A stretch of DNA of 64,000 bases from Mobula hypostoma (taxonomy: Eukaryota), in contig NC_086097.1 in NCBI RefSeq assembly GCF_963921235.1, positions 207,826,001 through 207,890,000 on the forward strand, written 5' to 3'. How positions within the stretch are numbered: position 1 is the stretch's first letter; every line of letters starts with the position of its first letter. The notes under the pieces are model-generated. The model was not told the origin of the DNA, made no database searches, and was given only the letters and a program-made list of their open reading frames with translations. Shown piece by piece: positions 33,621-47,797 of the stretch. Position numbers and translations under genes: made by a program.

Positions 33621-36600
33621 TGCTCCATTTAAGAGCATTGGTGTTTCCATACCAGGCTGTGATGTAACCAGTCAATATACTCTCCACCACACAGCTATGG
33701 AAGTTTGTCTATGTTTTAGATGTCATGCCGAATCTTAGCAAACTTCTAAGGAAGTAGAAGCACTGCAGTGTTTTCATCGTAATCACATTTATGTACAGGG
33801 CCCAGGACAGATCCTCTGAAATGGTAGCACCAAGCAACTTAAAGCCGCTGACCCTCTCCACCTCTGATCCTCTGATGAAGAGCATGATAGTTCACTTTCC
33901 TCCTCCTGAAGTCAATATTCAGCTCTTTGGCCTTGCTGACATTCAATGAGAGGTTGTTGTTGTGGGAACACTCAGCCAGATTTTCAATCTCCCTCCTATA
34001 TGCTGATTCATCACCATCTTTGATTCAGTCAACGACAGTGGTGTCATCAGCAAACTTTAATATAGCATTGGAGCTGTGCCTAGCCTGACAGTCACAAGTA
34101 TGAAGCGAATAGAGCCGTAGGGCTAAGCACACAGCCTGCAAGTGGGGAAATTGAGGATCAAATTGCACAAGGAGGTATTGAGGCCTAGGTCTTGAAACTT
34201 ACTGATTAGTTTTGAGGGGAGGATAGTGCTGAATGCTGCGCTGTAGTCAGTAAAGAGCATCCTGATGTATGCACCTTTGCTGCCCAGATGTTCCAGGGTT
34301 GAGTGAAGAGTCAACAAGATGGCATCTGCTGTGGACCTGTTGTGCTACTAGGCAAATTGGAGTGGATCCAAGTCACCCCTCAGCCAGGAGTTGTTATGTT
34401 TCATCACCAGCCTTTCAAAGCACTGCATCACAGTGGATGTAAGTGCTACAGGACAATAGTCATTGGGGTGGGTTACCACATGTTTCTTAGGCACCAATAT
34501 AATTGAAGCCTGCTGGAAGCAGGTGGGTACCTCAGACTGCCAAAGTGAGAGGTTAAAGTTATTGGTGAACGTTCCAGCCAGCTGATGAGCACAGGCCTTC
34601 AGTGCTGGGCCAGGTACCCCATCTGGGCCGGATGCTTCCTGTGGGTTCACCCTGCTGAAGGATGCTCTCACGTTAGCCTCAGAGACTGAAATCACAGAGT
34701 CATCAGGGGCTGTGAGAGTTTGTGAAGATTCGTCCATGTTTCGATGACCAAAGCAAGCACAGAAAGCATTCAGCTCATCCAGGATTGAAACCGTGTCACT
34801 TGGTTCCACTTTGCAAGACGCAATAGCATTCAAGCCCTGCCACAGCAGTCAAACACTCCCCAGTGATTCAAGTTTTGTCCAGAATTGTCACTTCACACTC
34901 AAGATGGCTTTTCAGAGATCATACTTGGACCTCTTGTATCTTACTTGGTCTCCAGAACAGAATGCACCGATCTGGCCCTCAGCAGATTAGGATCTTTAAT
35001 TCGTGTTGTTCCAATTACTCCTTTAGTAGCTGAGGACTGCAAAAGCTCACCTTTGGTACTTAGTCCTGCAAATATCTAGTGGCATTTCAAATGGAGGAAC
35101 TGTAGGCCTCAGTGCCTGGCAAGGTATCCTTTCTCTGAACTACTCTGTCTGAAAGGTCCTCTGCCATGGTTTTTCCCTTTGCAGATGCAGGAGATAAGGG
35201 TGCAAATTTGTGTCTAAAATTCCAGGGCACCAAGATTTAGAACTTTGTCAGGAATGTTGTCTTGTCATGAGGACTCGTTTCAGTGGTCATGTGACATTGT
35301 CTGTCATAAGTCACAAAGACAGATATTTTGCTGTAGGAAGGATTCAAGGTCACTTATGACAAGGTTAGAATTACAGTTGAGAAGTTCTGTGAAATGCTCT
35401 TTCCAGTGGATGCAGACTACCCTTTTCTGCACAATGAGCTTAACTTTATTCTTGGCTGTCATTTAGATGAGGCCTTGACTATCTTGGTCCTGGGTGGCTT
35501 TGACAGCGTGAAAGAATCCACACGTGATGGTTCTCAGCTAGTGCATGCATCTGTTGTGCTCTTTCTACCCACCATCTGTTCTTTAAGTTGTACATTTTCT
35601 ACTAAGCATTAGCCTATCTGTCTAGTTTGCTTAGTGTATGGTTTCCAGCTCTATTCCCTGACACTGGAATTTGGAGCAAAATAAAATAAACTGCTAGAAG
35701 AATTCAGCAGATCAGGCAGCATCTGTGGAAGGAAATGGAGACTTGACACTTAGGGTTAAGCCCCTTCACCTGGACACAAAACATTGACCATTCATTTCCC
35801 ACTGCAGATCCACACTGAATTCCTCCAGTAATTAGATTTTCCTTTAACACCATAGCATGTGGAGCAACAGACAACCACAACAAAACAATTGATTTGAACT
35901 GAGCGCATAGGAGAAGAGGGAAGGGAGAACTAGGCCCAACATGGGCAGAGTGGGCTTCACTGAATATCCATGGCTCCGTTCAATAAATTACGTATCACTT
36001 CTGCCCACAAGAATATAATTGGAAAGAGCAATTTAATATTTTATTCTGGCATCCTGAAGTGAGTAATGAAGGAGGGTGTGAACCTTCAACCCCAACAATT
36101 AGGCAAAGTGAATTTGACATAATAAAGCTTTGGCTTCAGCAAAAAACAATTATCTTTTCATTATTGGCAACTAATGCCTCTTTAATTTTGATTGAAGATC
36201 AAATGCTAAACTCAGAAACTTCTTTAAATAATCACACCTAAATAATTCTTATCATAATCTATCCATTAATATGATTCTGTGTACAGATCTGGAGAAAATG
36301 CACCATATGACAGTTTTCCAAGCATTTATGGGGGAAAAGAGACAGGTAAAGATTCACCTATGGAGGAGTTTCAGACACAAGCTGTTTGAGATAAATAGAG
36401 CACTTCAGTACTGCATGTTCTGTAAAATCTTTTGAAGGCTGATCCCTGACAAAATGGAGATGATTCGATAGTCCTGCGTTGGAATTGAATTGAATTACTT
36501 TATCCCTTTAGCAAAGTTATCCTGATGGTAATAGAAGTTGCTGTAATTGCGTTTTGGTTTCTCTATTTTTTTTTATATAGTTCGTTCTCTCAGTAATTAG

Positions 36601-38949
36601 GTTGTGCAGCAGACTGTTTAAATAATTATATACCCACCACACCCGCTCATCAGCTGACGTGGTATTGGCCATAATTACTGTTTTGTAAAACATCTTCCAA
36701 AAACATTCTGACAAAATGGTGCTGATTACTTTCTCATTATCCACCTCTTTGGTTGTTTTGCAAACTTATCCAGAATCAGCAAACTTTTAAAATAATCAGA
36801 TATTTCAGAAGTAATCTTACCATAAAACTGTGCTTAAAAATTTTGTGCTCTATTGCTCAAGGTGAAAACAAATGATGTACTTAACTAGTTCACTGACCTA
36901 AAGAACTGTTTTATTCTTATATATTTCTATTTATATATATATGAATAAATATATCTGTTTAAGAAGATTCCTTTCTTTAAAATCTTGCATATGTGCAGGA
37001 GAAGAATTCCTTGGCAAAGACTTTACGGAAGGGGCATCCTGACCTGCCTCTCTTTTTGCTGAAATCACAGGTGAGGGGTCTGTTTGAACCAATGAATATT
37101 GTCAAGATTTCATTCTTTAAAAATTAGATAGTATTAGATATACATGCACTATTTTCCTGTGTTTCCCCATTTCTAGTTGTTGGATGATAACTCTCCATTT
37201 CATTATTTTCAAGCCTTTAACTGATGACTGATGGTAGTGTGTAGGGCTGTATTGGGCTGGTTGGTAAATGGATGATGTTCAGTGCAGTAATGATAACTGG
37301 TGTGTGCTCCTGCCATCCCATGCAGCAAAATTACTGTCTGGTGCTGTACTCACATTGTCTCATTGCTAGTCCTCAATTTCCATCTTTTCTTCCATTTCAG
37401 CTCATCTACAGACAGTGTTCTCTGGCATCCCTTTTTGTTATGGTTCCTTTTTAAAAAAAAACTTCCACTCTACTCCATGGCCTGATTTTCCATACTTCCT
37501 TCCTCCCCTAGAGTTCTGTTACAACTAGTGACAGATCTTCTGGATCGCTGAGATATCTACTATTTATAGTCACGTGTGAAATCCAGTGGCCTGGCATGTT
37601 CACACATAAACCTACTTTCATTTTCAGATCTGTTGAGTGCTTCCAATAATATCTGTTTTTCCCTTTGTCTTACTTTCAGAGATTAAGAAGCCACTGAACA
37701 TTGTTTTTTGTGTCACAATGACATAGATGGGCTGAATAGCCTATTGTCAACTTGCAGGGATGGCCAGTTTTAACTTACAGGTGAAATGCTGAATGAAATG
37801 TAATGGATCTTGGCAAGACACAGATTGTTAATTTCATCATTGCAGACAAGAGAAAAATAAGGTCTATTTAGATTGAGACTGCAGTCATTTTTCACAGGTT
37901 TATTATCTGGGCAAGAAAATAAGTACAATGATTTCAACCTGTGGTTGCCATTACAAAACTGCAAATTTCAAACGCAGTGCTCATGAAAAGCTGTAGATAA
38001 AGGCTGTATCTTGTACTAATACAATTGCATTCCTGAAATAGGATCCATTTATCATGTCACTTTTGCGATCTTTTATTGGGTTGTAAAGGATTATATATTC
38101 TTGGCCAAGTGGAGTGGAATATTGCTCTTTTAGGTATGAGTATATCTGCAGCACTGGTCAGCTTAGAGCTACGCTGCAATTGAGTAGAGATGGCTTCAGT
38201 AAGACCAGGGTGAAATATAAATGATCTCGTTGCGTGCAGAACTGGTAAAGAGTAGTCCGTCTTAGAGTAGAAAGGTATTTCCTATTAGGAATAGATTGAC
38301 TAGCTTGAGAGGAGGTATAAGAGTGAATACTGTTTGATGTTGCAGTCTTCGCCGAGTGTGGCAATTAGCTTGCAGACATTTCATCATATTACCTTACCTG
38401 GGAGTCGATCCCAGGAGTAGCTGATGAAGCCTACTCAAAAATCAGCTCTGCTCTTCTGACTGTATTCCATTAACTTACAGAATAATTATAGAAGGAATTG
38501 AAGCAGTTGTCCATCATTGTCTATCTTTGGCCACTGAACTATTGCTCAATAATGTGTTGTTAGATCATTAGGCCAATAGATCATTATAAATCCATTGTGT
38601 AGGATGGACCCATCATTTCAATCCATTTGAGTGCACATAGTGTACATCTTATGCATTAGATTTTACTGCCAGCCTTTGGCACAGCTTTTATAACACTGGA
38701 GACCTGGATTTAACCCTGACCTCAAGTGCTCTCCTCCTGGAGTTTGCACATGTTCACTGTCACCTCATGGGATCCCTGTGGGTGCTGTAGTTTCCCACAA
38801 AGTCTAAAATGAGTGCAGATCAGTATGTTAATTGGCCATTGTAAACTGTTCCTAGCATGTTAAATAGTTGATAAAATCTGGGGAGAGTAGATGAGAATGT
38901 GGGGAAATTTTAAAAAAATAAGATTAATGTAGCCTTATTAATATAGTGC

Positions 38950-40077
38950 AGTGCATGTGATCTCCATGGATTTTAGTAAGGCATTTGACAAGATTCCACA
39001 CAGTAGGCTTATTCAGAAAGTCAGAAGGCATGGGATCCAGGGAAGTTTGGCCAGGTGGATTCAGAATTGGCTTGCCTGCAGAAGGCAGAGGGTCATGATG
39101 GAGGGAGTACACTCGGATTGGAGGCTTGTGACTAGCGGTGTTCCACAAGGATCAGTTCTGGGACCTCTACTTTTCGTGATTTTTATTAACAACCTGGATG
39201 TGGGGGTAGAGGGTGGGTTGGCAAGTTTGTAGATGACACGAAGGTTGGTGGTGTAGAGGATTGTCGAAGATTGCAGACAGACATTGATAGGATGCAGAAG
39301 TGGGCTGAGAAGTGGCAGATGGAGTTCAACCCAGAGAAGTGTGAGGTGGTACACTTTGGAAGGACAAACTCCAAGGCAGAGTACAAAGTAAATGGCAGGA
39401 TACTTGGTAGTGTGGAGGAGCAGAGGGATCTGGGGGTACATGTCCACAGATTCCTGAAAGTTGCCTCACAAGTAGATATGGTAGTTAAGAAAGCTTATGG
39501 AGTGTCAGCTTTCAGAAGTCGAGGGATAGAGTTTAAGAGTCGCAAGGTAATGATGCAGCTCTATGAAACTCTGGTTAGGCCACACTTGGAGTACTGTGTC
39601 TGGTTCTAGTCACCTCAATATAGGAAGGATGTGGAAGCATTGGAAGGGGTACAGAGGAGATTTAACAGGACGCTGCCTGGTTTAGAGAGTATGCATTATG
39701 ATCAGATATTAAGGGAGCTAGGGCTTTACTCTTTGGAAAGAAGGAGGATGAGAGGAGACATGATAGAGTTATACAAAATATTAAGAGGAATAGATAGAGT
39801 GGACAGCCAGTGCCTCTTCCCCAGGGCACCACTGCTCAATACAAGAGGACATGGCTTTAAGGTAAGGGGTGGGAAGTTGGATATTAGAGGAAGGTTTTTT
39901 ACTCAGTGAGTGGTTGGTGTGTAGAATGCACTGCCTGAGTCAGTGGTGGAGGCAGATACACTAGTGAAATTTAAGATACTACTAGACAGGTATATGGAGG
40001 AATTTAAGGTGGGGGTTTAAGGGTCGGCACAATATTGTGGGCCGAAGGGCCTGTACTGTGCTGTACTATTCTATGCT
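38950..40077 (+). mobile_element. CR1 LINE 3' portion
   Basis: [25 protein letters not shown]..; tail gtactattctatgctatg. Same subfamily as 52982-55339. Confidence 0.92.
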
Positions 40078-41039
40078 ATGAAATGAATTAGTGGTTAGGA
40101 TGGACTGAAAGGTTTCATTTCTGCACCGTATTGCTCTATTGACCCAGAACAACGATATTTTGACATTGCAACATGGTCCCTATCTAATATTTATTCATTC
40201 TCACTATACGGTTCCAGATCTTTAGATAAAGCCAAGCTTTCCTCAATTGCTGGACATGATTCATTTGACCTGCCATTCCACTTTCAAGGTAGAATCTAAC
40301 AATGTAATAAAAATTGCAGCTGTATCTCATTCCCTAAGCTGGTACATCTCATTAAGCATGGTTACTCCTCCAATCATCCTGGCCAGGATATCATCATGTT
40401 TAATGGCCTAATTAATGATCTATGATGATCTGTCTCCACTGCAACTTAAGTTACCCTTGAGCTGGGGGTCCTGTGAATAATCATCTGGTACCGCCCTGTC
40501 TGTCAACAACTAATAAATAGAAACTGTCCAGCTGCAGTCCCTTTGCTGGGAACTAAACTTTGTCTGGATTATTTGATTTTCCTTTATAAGCTTATTCCCA
40601 AAACATATTTGAAGAGATAAGTGTTCTGATTAGTGCTTCTGTTTATAATTGTGTTGATTAGTTTATCAGTTAAGCATTCAGCAGATTAAAACATGGAACA
40701 TTGATTAGATTTCAGTCCCTATTTCAGCAGATTGTCAGTTCAGAAGGTTAAGTGCTGATCATGTTATTGAGACTAATTACTTTTCTGACAAATCACATGC
40801 TGATCTGAATTCCATCCCCAAGCCTAAATCGGAAATGTGGACAAGCTAGCATTATGGTAATTTTAACCTTAATAACACCTGGTCAGTTATTTTAATGTTT
40901 AATCTGCTCGGTCTTCTCCTGTTCTTCGAGCACGAGGACAAAAAAAGAGTCTGAATGAGTTTTGAGGTTTGTGCTTCTTTCATCAACTACTTTGTTTCTG
41001 TTCTAGGATCATCTTACAATGTAGATCTATGGTGAAATC

Positions 41040-41530
41040 AAAGTTTAAAGTAAATTTGTTATTGAAGTACATGTATGTTGCCATATATTAAACTGAGATT
41101 CATTTTCCTGTGGGTAGTCATGGAAAATATAGAGAAACACAATAGAATTAGTGAAAAACTGCACACAAAGATAGCCAAATGTTGTAAGACAAATTGTGCA
41201 AATAGAAAAATGTAATAAATATTGATATCATGAGTTGTAGAATCCTTGAAAGTGAATCAAAGGTTGTGGAATTATTTCAGTGCTGCGGTCAGTGAAGTTA
41301 TCCACCCCTAGTTCAGGAGTATGATGGTTGATGGGTGTTCCTGAAATTGGTGGTGTGGGTCCCAAGGCTCCAGTATCTCTGTCTCAAAGGCAATAGCGAG
41401 AAGAGTGTAGAGCCTAGATAGTGAGTGTCCTGGATGATACATGCTGCTTTCTTGCGATAGTGCTCCTTGTAGATGAGGTTGCTGGTGGGGATGCCTTTAC
41501 CTCTGATGGACTAGGCAGTATCTATTACAT
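41040..41530 (-). mobile_element. Rex/Babar 3' fragment, old
   Basis: Similar to 31460-31960 (aaagtaaatttgttatt..gaaacacaatagaat..ttcctgaaattggtggtgtgggtcccaaggctcc). Confidence 0.65.
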
Positions 41531-42540
41531 TTTTGTCAGGTGTTCTGCGTTCCAACACATCTGCTAGTGTTGAAATATTTCAAAACCCATAAATGGGAGA
41601 CATGAGATACAGGTATATTTACATTAATAAGATAAAAACATGAGCTCTGTTCAAGGTTGCTGTTTGAGGTTGTAAACTTGCATTATTTATTTCCATTTAC
41701 TCTGTGCATTCCCAGTAATGTGCGGCTTTATTTCAAATTTCAACAATTATAGTTTTTTTTAATATAACAATGATTCTCCAGAGTTGCTTGTCACCATCTC
41801 GTGTTCACAATTCTTCTCTTTGCTATTATTAAGTTCCTGTTTGGAGTTAAATAATTAACTTCACTACTTTGAAGCTATTGACTAGAATGCTTAACATATG
41901 TATTTTGAGTACATAAAAAAAAAATCTTTTATAGTTCCTGGATCATATTCAATTATTAGGAGAGACAGAATTTGAAGATTAGGAAGTAATTTATATTTAT
42001 AGAGGGGTCAAGTGATGTGAAAGGCAGGAGCAGGATCTGCACGACTATGTCCAATAATATCTCATGATAGAAAGTTGAGTTAGTTAGTATTGTGGGAATA
42101 GCCCTGAAAGCAAGATGTCGTAAACACAATATACCTGGAGGTGACAAAAGATAACACAAGGAAGGTAATGAAAGTTACGGGTTAAAGACAAGGGTAGAGC
42201 GAAACCTTTGGGGAAGTTTGTCTTTATGGGTTTGAGATATTGCAAGTCAGGCGGTGGTGGAATAAATCACCTCATTGTTTATGATAGTGAGGTCTCTGGA
42301 CTGTAGATCCACTTTGGAGGGTTGTCTTGGAACATTGAACAGTCTTAGTGTAATAACATTGAGCCTCTTTGTAATGAATGGTTTTACCATTTGTGTAGTT
42401 AAGTGTTTAAATTGGCCCAGTCTAGATTCAAACATTACTCGAAGCAGGGAGGAATGCACAGTGCAAGCCTTTTCAAGTGGTGTACAGAGGTTTTGCTTGC
42501 TGTTGGGAACCTACTATGTCCTTGGCATTGTGTGGCACTG

Positions 42541-42690
42541 GGGCAATACAGTAGAGTAGTAGTTAGCACAATGTTTTATAGTTCAGGTGACCCAGGTTCA
42601 ATTCTCACCACTACCTGTGAGGAATTTGTACATTCTGTCCAATGACCACATGGGTTTCCTCCGGGTGCTTGGGTTTCCTCCAACAATCCA
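42541..42690 (+). repeat. V-SINE/HE1-like tRNA-derived SINE head (related copies at ~38680-38910 and ~46900-47160)
   Basis: A/B-box-like gtagtagttagcac..ccaggttcaattc, and core tgggtttcctccgggtgcttgggtttcctcc. Confidence 0.65.
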
Positions 42691-42699
42691 AAGGTGTAC

Positions 42700-44905
42700 T
42701 GGAAAACTGAGAATCCAGGATAGTGATCTCTGGATTTCTGTCTGTGCCACGTGCCAGTGGAGTTAAGAGTAGGATGATTTGGTAGAAGAATGCATGGCTG
42801 AGGAACTGGTGCAGGGGGCAGGGTTTCAGGTTTATGGATCATTGGGATCTCTTCTGGGGAAGGTATGACCGGTACAAAAGGGACAGGTTACATCTGAACC
42901 CGAGGGGCAGGTCCTTGTCCTTGTGGGCAGGTTGGCTAGAGTTGTTTGGGTCTGCTTAAACTAATTTGACAGGGGTGTGGGAACCAGAGTGCTAGTGCTA
43001 AAGATGAATTAGTTGGTTTACAAACAGAGGCAATATGTAGTGAGATTCCTAGCAAGGAGAAGCTGATGATAGGGCAAAATTGCAGTCAACAGGATGAGTT
43101 GCAATGTAAATGTGGACAAAATTGAAGATAAGTACAGAACTGAAGTTGTTCAATTTGAATGCACACAATATACAGAACAAGATTGAACTTGTAGCACAGT
43201 TACAGATTGGCATGTATAATGATTATAGGCATCACTGAATCATGATTGAAAGAAGATTATAGCAGTGTAGCAGTGAGCTAATGTCCAAAGATGCACATTG
43301 TATCAAAAGGACAGGCAGGAAGGCAGAGGGGATGGCATTGCTCTGTTGGTTTATAAAATGAAATGAAATCAAATCACTAGAAAGAAGAAAGAAGGTCGGA
43401 AGGTGTTGAATCATTGTGGATAGAGCTAAGGAACTGCAAGAGCAAAAAGACCCTGATGGAAGTTGTATACAGACCCACAAACAGTAGCAAGGATGTGGTC
43501 TACAAGTTAACAGCAGGAGATAGAAAATGCATGCCAATGTTACAATAATCATGGTGTTTTCATTATGCATGTAGATTGGGAAAATCAGGTTGGTGCTGAA
43601 TTCCATGAGGGGAACTTTCTAGAATGCCTACCTGATAGCTTTCAAGAACAGCTCATGGTTGAGCCCAGTAGAGGATCAGTTGTTCTGGATTGTTTGTTAT
43701 ACAATGAACCGGAATTATTTAGAAAGCTTAAGGTTAATGAACCCTGAGGGGGTCAGTGATCATAATATGATAAATTTCAGAGTGAATTCAGAGAAGCAGA
43801 AGCTAAAGTCATATGTATCAGGATTACAGTAGGTGAAGGGAATTATAGAGACATGAGAGAGGAGTTGGCCAGAACTGACTGGAAAAGGACACTGGCAGGG
43901 ATGACAGCAGAGCAGCAAGGAATTGAATTTCTGAAAGCAATTTGAAAGGCACAGTTAGGAAGGGTTCTGTATTGTGACCTATTCTTTTTACATTATATAT
44001 CAATGATTTGGATGATGGTATAGGTGGCTTTGTTACAAAGTTTGTAGATGATACGAATATAGATGGAGGGGCAGGTAGTTTTGAAGAAGTAGAAAGGCTA
44101 CAGAAGGACTAAGATTAAAAGAGAATGGGAAAAGAAGTGTCAGATGGAATACAGTGTCAGGAAGAAATGAAAGGCTATACTTTTGCATATGAGGAGAAAA
44201 TACACAAATCTGAGAAGCAAAGGGTCTTGGGAGTCCTTGTGCAGGATTCCCTACATGTTAATTTGTAGGGTTGAGGAAGGCAAGTGCAATGTTAGCATTC
44301 ATTATATAATAGCAAGGATGTAATGTTGAAACTTTATAAAGCTCTGGTGAGCCCTCACTTGGAGCAGTTTTGGAATGCTTATATTAGAAATTTATGTGCT
44401 GAAACTGGAGAGGGTTCAAAGGAGGTTCATGAAAATGTTTCCAAGATTAAACATCTTGTCATATGAAGAGCATTTGACGGCTTTGGGTCTGTGATCACTG
44501 GGATTCAGAAGAATGAGGGGTGACCTAATTAAAACTTATCAAATGGTGAAAAGCCTTGATAGAGTGGATTTGGAGAGGACGTTTCCAATGGTGGGAGTAG
44601 CTAAGACCAGAGGGCACTGCCTCAGAGGGATGTCCTTTTAGAATGGAGATGAAGAAGAATTTCTTTTGCCAGAGAGTGGTGAAGCTGTGGAATTCTTTGC
44701 CATAGGCAGCTGTGGAGGTCAAGTCTATATGTATATTTAAGGCAGATGTTGATAGATTCTTGATTCGTCAGGGCATGAAGGTATATGTGGGGAAGGCAGG
44801 AGACTGGAGTTGAGAGGAAATATGGATCAGCCATAATTAAATGGTGGAACAGACTTGATGGACCAAATGGCCTAGTTCTGCTGCTATAACCTATGGTCTT
44901 ATGGT
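42700..44905 (+). mobile_element. Degraded CR1 with ORF1 esterase end, APE endonuclease start, internal deletion and 3' RT end
   Basis: WLRNWCRGQGFRFMDHWDLFWGRYDRYKRDRLHLN (SGNH/GDSL-like ORF1), FNLNAH..NK and GSDHN (APE), a jump to the RT 3' end near 43960, tail cctatggtcttatggt. Confidence 0.8.
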
Positions 44906-46307
44906 TTATGGAGAACTTGAGGTGAAACATCTTCACTCAGAGGGTGGTGAGTGTGGAATGAGCCTCTGGTGGATATGATGGATGAATTCAACATTTAAGA
45001 GAAATGTGCATAAGTGCATGGATGGAAGGGTATGGAGAGCTAATGTTTGGCTGCAAGTCAATCGAACTAGGCAGATTAATGGTTTGGTATGGGGTAGATG
45101 GGCCAAAGGGCTTGCTTGTGTGTTGTGGTGTTCTATGACTCTATTATGTGGTCTGAATTGGAGAGTATTAACCTGTCAGAGAGATTTTACAGACCTGGAT
45201 TGTTTTCTCTGTATTGGTAGGTGCCCAGAATACATTGCCTTTGGAAGTTGATAGAACAGGAATGTTTAGGAGGCATTCAAGCAGGCATGTCAATGTGCAG
45301 AGGATGGAAGGACATAGACTTCAGGTATACAAATATGCATTTTAAATTGGCATCATGGTTGGAACAAACATCATGGGCTTAAGAGCCTGTTCCTGGGTAG
45401 TATTCTTCTGTTTTAAATTTAACTTCAGCTGGTGGGCCTCCATTTTTCAGATTTGTTGTTCTTTAACACCACAGAAGCCTAAACACTGTGTTGATGAAGA
45501 GATTCATACTCTTCACCCCAGGCATTTTCAGCCTTTTACTTTAAGATTTGGAATCCAGTCATCCTGATAGAATTAACCTGGTATCAGTGAACAGGTTATT
45601 GGTGAATAAGTGCTAGCTGAAATCATTTTCAACTACATCTTCTAACTCTTGCTGATGACCAAGAGAAGACTGATGGACTTAAATTAGATTCAACCTGCTG
45701 TGTGTTTAATAAGCTGAATATACCTGGGGAATTTTCCATATTGATGGGGTTAATATAAGTATTGTACTTGTAACTTGAACAACTTGCCAAAGGCACAGTT
45801 AATACTAGACTCTAGAGTATTAGTCTTCAACACTGATGACTGAATTTGTCTGGCTCTATTTTCTTTTCTGTATCCAGTGTTCAAAGCTATTGCTTGGTAT
45901 TGTGCGGAATGAATCAAGTTGACTAAACACTAATTAGAGAGATCCACTGAGTACTTCAGATTGATATTGAAATCATTCAGTGATGATCTAGGCCGGCACA
46001 GAGCTTGGGACATGCAAGCTAGAACTGAAGAGTTCAGCTTTTGATCTCTCATCAGTGCCATCACTGAGGCCACATTTTCTTCCCTCTGCCCTACTTCAAC
46101 TTGTTTGCTCACCAGCAAGTCCCTCTCCCACCCCTACCACCAGTCTCTATGAGCTGTCCCATCTCTGCCTCTACAATCTTCGACAGGACACACTTCCTCT
46201 GAAGTATCTGTGCTTCGCAAATTGTGATCTCTAGCTCTGTTGACTGTTGGTGGCCAAGCTTTGAACTGGTAAGGGCCAACTCCTGGGAATTTGCTCCACA
46301 GACCCTA

Positions 46308-46805
46308 GAATAGTACAGCACAGGGCAGACCCTTTGGCCCACAGTGATGTGCTGAACTCAAAAATGATTTCTAGCTAAATGGCCAACTAAACTAATCCTT
46401 TAGCCCACACAATGTCCATAACCCTCCATTTTCTTCACATTCATATGTCTATCTAAATATCTGTTAAAAGTTCCTACTGTATCTTTCTCTACCACCACCC
46501 CAAGCAGTGCATTCCATGCACCCACGACTCTCTGCTTGAAAAAAACTTAGACCATCTTCAAAATTACCCCCTCTCACTTTAAATGCATGCATTCTGGTAT
46601 TAGGCATTTCAACCCTGGGAAAAGGAGACGGTCTGCTCTATCTATACCTCCCATAAACTTGTAATCCTCTGTCAGATCTCCCCCCTTCCTCATCTGCTCC
46701 AGAGGAAGTCACTTAAGTTTGTCAAACCTCTCGTTATAGCAAATGCCCTCAAATTCAGGCACCGTCCTAGTAAACTTCTGCACCCTCTCCAAAGCCTCAA
46801 CATCC
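46308..46805 (-). mobile_element. CR1 3' fragment
   Basis: gaatagtacagcacagg tail; gcattccatgcacccacgactctctg. Confidence 0.75.
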
Positions 46806-47269
46806 TCACCCCTCTTCCAGCCTCACTGCTTAAAATCTACTTGGAACATGTTTTTGGGCCTACTCATTCCAGACTTTTGAATGATGTGAGTGTATAACTC
46901 ATCAGTGGGGTATGGCTGCTCTCCATCAGAAGTTTGTATGTTTTCACCATGACTGTGTGGGTTTCCTCCAGGTTCTATGGTTTCCAAAGATGTATAGGTT
47001 AGAGGTAGTAAGTCATTTTATGCTATGTTCTGTAGGTGCCAGAAACATGATGTCACTTGTGAGCTCTCCCTGCACATACTTGAACTGTGCTGGTCACTGA
47101 TGCAAATGATGTATTTCACTGTATGTTTTGATGTACATGTGACAAATAGAAACTAATCTCATCTCATCAGCAGAGGTCGTAGATTTCCCCCAGAGGCTTC
47201 AATTTCTGCCAGGAAAGATGCACGGTCTCTGACATTATTAGCTGAGAGCAACCACTGCTAGGTAAAGTT

Positions 47270-47605
47270 AGAATCTTGAGGGGAATAGATAAAATAGATT
47301 GTCTTTTCCCTAAGAGTAGGAGAGGGTGGTCTAAAACTTGAGAGCACAGGTTCAAGGGGACAGGGGAAAGACTTGAATAGGATCCGAGGGGCATGTTTTT
47401 CAGATCTTGTTGGATATATAGAATCAGCTGCCAGAAGAAGCAGCAGAGGCAAATACAATTACAACATTTAAAAGATAGTTTAATAGAAACCTGGATAAGA
47501 AAGGTTTAGAGGGATATGGACCAAATGCAGCCTAGAAAAGCATTTCGGCCAGCATGGAGAAGTTGGACCCAAGGCCTGGTTCTGTGCTGTACAACTCTCT
47601 GATTC
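47270..47605 (+). mobile_element. CR1 3' fragment
   Basis: aatcttgaggggaatagat..gagcacaggttcaagg..ggttctgtgctgtacaactct. Confidence 0.7.
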
Positions 47606-47797
47606 TAAGAATAAAAGAAATTTCTTGGCCTTAATTTTGTGTATAGCATGCCCTGTGAAAGTGGCTTCAAAGTGACAATTTATTTCTTAGAGCCTTTAGC
47701 TTACAGAGCTAAATTTTGCTGGCCTTGTATTTTGCCTGGAATTGCCGTTAGTAGCTCACACATACACAGACTTGCCTTGTCTGGATGCTGACAGCCT

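Larger units (their letters stand above)
31460..34985 (-). mobile_element. Rex/Babar-type LINE, degraded, split by two CR1 insertions
   Basis: RT motifs (ASGPDGVPG, DYCPVALTS..CFERLV, LDPLQFA, FADD) at 34985-33621. The frame resumes KILQKVVD at 32183-32141 and GKALP..LLPSERRY at ~31960-31800. Tail ends near 31460. Confidence 0.8.

Noticed and set aside
36517..36744. 75-aa minus-strand ORF as an exon of a neighbouring gene
   Set aside because: No recognisable domain and no convincing splice-site pair.
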